From Balamuthia mandrillaris (taxonomy: Eukaryota), in NCBI GenBank assembly GCA_031835245.2, contig JAVKOQ020000041.1:124001-188000 (forward strand): 64,000 nt of DNA, read 5' to 3'. The translations under genes were made by a program, and so were the position numbers. The notes under the pieces are model-generated. The model worked only from the letters and a program-made list of their open reading frames with translations, was not told the origin of the DNA and did not search any database. Each line of letters opens with the position of its first letter. The first letter of the stretch is position 1. This document shows, piece by piece, positions 60,344 through 64,000 of this stretch.

Positions 60344-61849
60344 ATGTTGCGCTGCAGCGCCGCTCTCTTCTTCTTCCTCCTATGCTGCTCGGTGCTCCTG
60401 TTGCTCTCGCACTCGGCCACGGTGGCGCAGGCTCAAGCCGCCAAACCGGGCAACGCCTCCGTCTTCTTTGACCGCGTGGTCCTCACAGACTCCTTCTACG
60501 GCGACTACGGCCTCCGCAAAGCCGACGTCAACCAGGATGGCCGCATGGACCTCGTGGCCTTCGCCTGGCAGACCGGCCTGCTGGCCTGGTTCGAGAACCC
60601 CTCCTGGCGGCAGCACAACGTGGGCAAGTACCCCGGCATCGTGGACGTGGACTTTGCGGACATGAACGAGGACGGCCTCTTGGACTTTGTGGTGGCGTGG
60701 GACCTCCACGTCCCTCCCGTCAGCCCCAACGAAGGTCAAGCCGGTTGGCTGGTTCATCCCTCTTCCAACAGCACCTCCAACGATACTTCCTTGCTTGAAG
60801 GGGAAGAAGAAGACGAGAGGTGGGAGTACAGACCGATTGCAGATGCCACGAACTACGTGGCAGGCATACACAGGATCCGAGTGGGCCGATTCCTAAAGGG
60901 AGGCAGCGACAAGGACGTCATCGTCATCCCCATCTTTGACTACGGCGTGGGACCGCAGTACTTTAACCAGTCGGGGTGCAGCATACGGTACTTTGCGCGC
61001 CCGGAGGATGCCGCCACGCGCACCACCGCCTGGAACACCAACTCCACCCTCCTCAACTCCTCCCTTCACATCTGTCACACCGTTCGCTCCTATTCTTCCT
61101 CGCTCTTGTCTGCTTCAAGCAAAGAGGCATCAGCAGCGCAGCAGGACTTCCTCATCATCAACAGTCTTGAAGGAATCACTCGGCTTGATGTGCGCAACGA
61201 TGCTTCCTCTTCTTCTGCGTTTGCTCCGAAAGCGCGTTTGACGAACCTCAATCCGGGCAAAGCGCCGGTGGCATGGAGTCCCTTTCACGGCTCTCAGGGA
61301 ACCAGCTTGGGCTTTGTGGACGGTCGCCCAGCTTTCATGGCTCAGATCTCTCCATGGGAGGGCGTCAACGTGCTCTCTCCTGCCACCGTCGCCATTCTGC
61401 TTCCCTCTTCCTCTTCCTCTTCCATCTTCCAACCCCCGTTGCAAAGGATCGAATTGGACGTGTTGGGTCCACAGGCGCATGACGTTGTGGCCGCTGACTT
61501 TAACGGGGATGGCTGCGATGACTTCTTGGTAGGCCTGAGAGGGCCTGTAATCGGCGTTTGGATGTTTGAGTGCCACAAGAAGAAGAACAACAAGAAGTTG
61601 GAGTTGGAGTGGACCTTTTATCCGGTTTCTTTGGATCAGAGGTATGGAGCTTCGGCGTTGGTGGCGCATGACTTTGATGGCGATGGAAAGATGGATTGGG
61701 CAGCAACCGGTTTTCCTGGATTTCCTGAGAACGAAGAAGAGCAGAACAACAAGAGCGAGCAAAACGGATTGTTAGTAAGTAACCAGCAAAGACGGAGCAC
61801 GAAGAGAGCACAAGGAAATCATTATGTTGCTGTTTACTATCAACGTTAG
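60344..61849 (+). CDS. Secreted FG-GAP/VCBS beta-propeller, aldos-2-ulose dehydratase-like, intronless
   Basis: Signal peptide; DVNQDGRMD, DMNEDGLLD, DFNGDGCDD, DFDGDGKMD repeats; GIHRIRVGRF, ICHTV, AHDVVAAD; upstream in-frame ATG at 60302. Confidence 0.75.
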   Translation: MLRCSAALFFFLLCCSVLLLLSHSATVAQAQAAKPGNASVFFDRVVLTDSFYGDYGLRKADVNQDGRMDLVAFAWQTGLLAWFENPSWRQHNVGKYPGIVDVDFADMNEDGLLDFVVAWDLHVPPVSPNEGQAGWLVHPSSNSTSNDTSLLEGEEEDERWEYRPIADATNYVAGIHRIRVGRFLKGGSDKDVIVIPIFDYGVGPQYFNQSGCSIRYFARPEDAATRTTAWNTNSTLLNSSLHICHTVRSYSSSLLSASSKEASAAQQDFLIINSLEGITRLDVRNDASSSSAFAPKARLTNLNPGKAPVAWSPFHGSQGTSLGFVDGRPAFMAQISPWEGVNVLSPATVAILLPSSSSSSIFQPPLQRIELDVLGPQAHDVVAADFNGDGCDDFLVGLRGPVIGVWMFECHKKKNNKKLELEWTFYPVSLDQRYGASALVAHDFDGDGKMDWAATGFPGFPENEEEQNNKSEQNGLLVSNQQRRSTKRAQGNHYVAVYYQR

Positions 61850-61898
61850 TAAGGAAAGTTATAACCGTAGGAAAAAAAAAAACAATGTTCGTTTTACA

Positions 61899-62358
61899 TT
61901 AGAACTTGAAGCTATAATACATCTCAGCGAGTGTGGAATCGGTGTTTTGACGTTTGCCAACAACGTCCGTTTTTCTTCTGCCGCTCAGCAACATGTTCTT
62001 GTGAGCGCCTTTCATCTTTATTAACGTTCTAGCTGTTGTATCGCCCATTGCTCCTCCTTGTTGTTTTTCGATTTAGTAATATGAAAGCAGAGTAACGGCC
62101 ATTAAGGGCTGGAGAGAAGAGAAGGGGGAGGGGAGAGAGAGGAAGAGAGAAAAAGAAATGACAAGAAGGATTAAAACAAGAAAGCGGGAGAAGAAGAAGC
62201 AACCTTTAGTGTAACTCTTGAGGCGTAAAATACATTCACGGAGCTCTCTATCCAGTTCATCGGAAGTAGAGATGTAGTTGGCATATTCCTCCATTTGAAT
62301 ATCGCTCTTTGCTCCTCGTTTCAGCAGTCGTTGTACCTTTTGTTGAAGAAAGTTAACG

Positions 62359-62398
<40 letters not shown>

Positions 62399-64000
62399 AA
62401 CCCCAAATAACAGCTTCCTGGCATCCAAATAATGTCCAGCCTGGGCAATCTCTGCCGCGCGATGTAAGGCATGAAGAGCTACCACAGCAACATCAAGCCC
62501 ATCTTCGGCGACTCCTCTATCGGCAGTGGAGGCAAACTTTGACGTTACGATTCTCAGGCATTGCATTCCATCCAAAGTCGTAAATCGTATTTGAGCTTGG
62601 AATGGAATCGCTACCTCCTCCTCATCTGATACCTTCTTGGAAGACGTCTTTTCTTTCTTCCTTGAAGAAGTTTTGTATTCGTCTTTGCAAGCGAAGTCAA
62701 AGGTGAGATCAGTTTCGCTGGTGACGTTTCCGACATCGCAGGACAAAAAGTAAGTCGCATCTTTTTTGCTCTCCGAAGAAGCGACTTTCTTCTTATCTTT
62801 CTTCTTTTTCTTAGAGTCGCCTTCTTTATCATCCTCATCCACGCCGGCAATGCCTATCTTCACAGCTGCCCCTTCGTTGCCATTCTCTCTTTGTTTCTTT
62901 TTCTTCTTGGCGGCAGTGGTGGAACTGTTTCCCTTTTCTTTTTGTAGAACGTTCTCATCCTTCCATAGTAATTGTTTGCCAAGAAGAAGCTTCACGCTCA
63001 CGTTCGTTGCGATGACTGGATTCTGAGAGATGGACCGAAGCTGTCGAACGAGTTCCAATGGATTCTGTTGTTTAAAGACAAAAGCTCAGGAATGACGCTT
63101 ATGTTCTTCCTCCTTCTCGTCTCTTTTTTTCCCTCTCCTTCTTTTCTGTTTTAGAATCGTACCACAATGTTAACAGTGCCAGCAGTGATAGAAGCACTTT
63201 CGCCCAATCTATCCATGGCACAGTCGCTTCCTTCAATGCTGATGACATTAATGGTGGTCTCATGCTTTCTGGCAATGCGACCAACTCTAGAATAGAATCC
63301 ACCCTGTTCTTCGTCGTCATCGTCATCTTCGTCTTTGCCCCTGCTCACGTTCTCCGTTTCTGTTTGTTTTGTTTTTGTTTTTGTTTTTGTTTTTAGATAA
63401 ATAACAGCAAGACTATGGTTAGAAAGAAAGAGAAAAATAAAAACCTTCTAAGGAGCCTACACCAACGTTGCTTAAGCCGTCTGTGCATATGATCACTTCC
63501 GAACGAGGCTTCTGGCTGGCCAATCCCACGGCTATCAACAGCGCTGGCCCTTTGGTTTGACATAGAGTGAGAAACGAACAAAAGCAAAATAATAACAAAA
63601 AATAAATAATACCCAAAGCAGTGGCTCCAGTTTCTTGCAATGCCTCCACAGTCTTTGTTAAAGGCTCGCAACTCTCTGCAATAGGGGCAATGTCCTTATC
63701 AACATTGATGCCGGTGCCGATGCCCCATAACGTCTCCCAATCTTTCAACTTATCTCCGGTCACCACCTGGAATTGTTTGCTTCTACCATCGCCGATGATG
63801 GTAACGTCGTTGTTAAACGTGATGAGAACCACCTTCTTATCTTTGCTTTGAACCAGCAAGCGTTGGAGGTGAGTCTTGACTGCTTCTTGCATGCATTCCA
63901 GTCTTGAAATGTAGGAGGTATTTCGTTTTTCACCTTTATTTATGTTTGGCAAATCAATAAGAAGTAGAAAAGCAAAGAACAGAGAAGAGAGAGGAGAGAG
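61899..64000 (-). CDS. VWA-domain protein (Sec23/24-trunk-like, circularly permuted Ras-associated type), 5' part runs off the window end
   Basis: YISRLECMQEAV, VVLITFNNDV, GATALG/PAL, IICTDGLSNVGVGSL, INVISIEG, PFQAQIRFTTLDGMQCLRIVT; ends YYSFKF*. Confidence 0.8.

Overview
Gene-dense, intron-rich eukaryotic DNA with short GT-AG introns that often hold (CT)n tracts. An amoebozoan origin (for example Balamuthia-like) is an inference from gene content and style only. I could splice about 28 protein-coding genes by hand; there is no convincing rRNA, tRNA, transposon or CRISPR array. Housekeeping genes include a long-chain acyl-CoA synthetase, METTL18/HPM1, DPH6, RFT1, LSM7, a FEX fluoride channel, an NmrA-like protein and a DUF1749 hydrolase. 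The most striking locus is 22396-25788, where one spliced ORF joins a divergent ubiquitin (K48R, K27M, Gly76 followed by Pro) to a MIDAS-type VWA domain and a C-terminal Josephin-like cysteine protease (Q/C-H-D residues). It lies tail-to-tail with a giant-virus-style F-box/ankyrin ORF. Other unusual architectures: a BAH-like/ankyrin/WGR/PARP protein, an ankyrin-SPRY-ankyrin-MATH-ankyrin-BTB protein, a globin-cytochrome b5 fusion, a degenerate class III cyclase and a secreted aldos-2-ulose-dehydratase-like beta-propeller. Exon boundaries are manual predictions, and family assignments come from motif recognition, not database searches.
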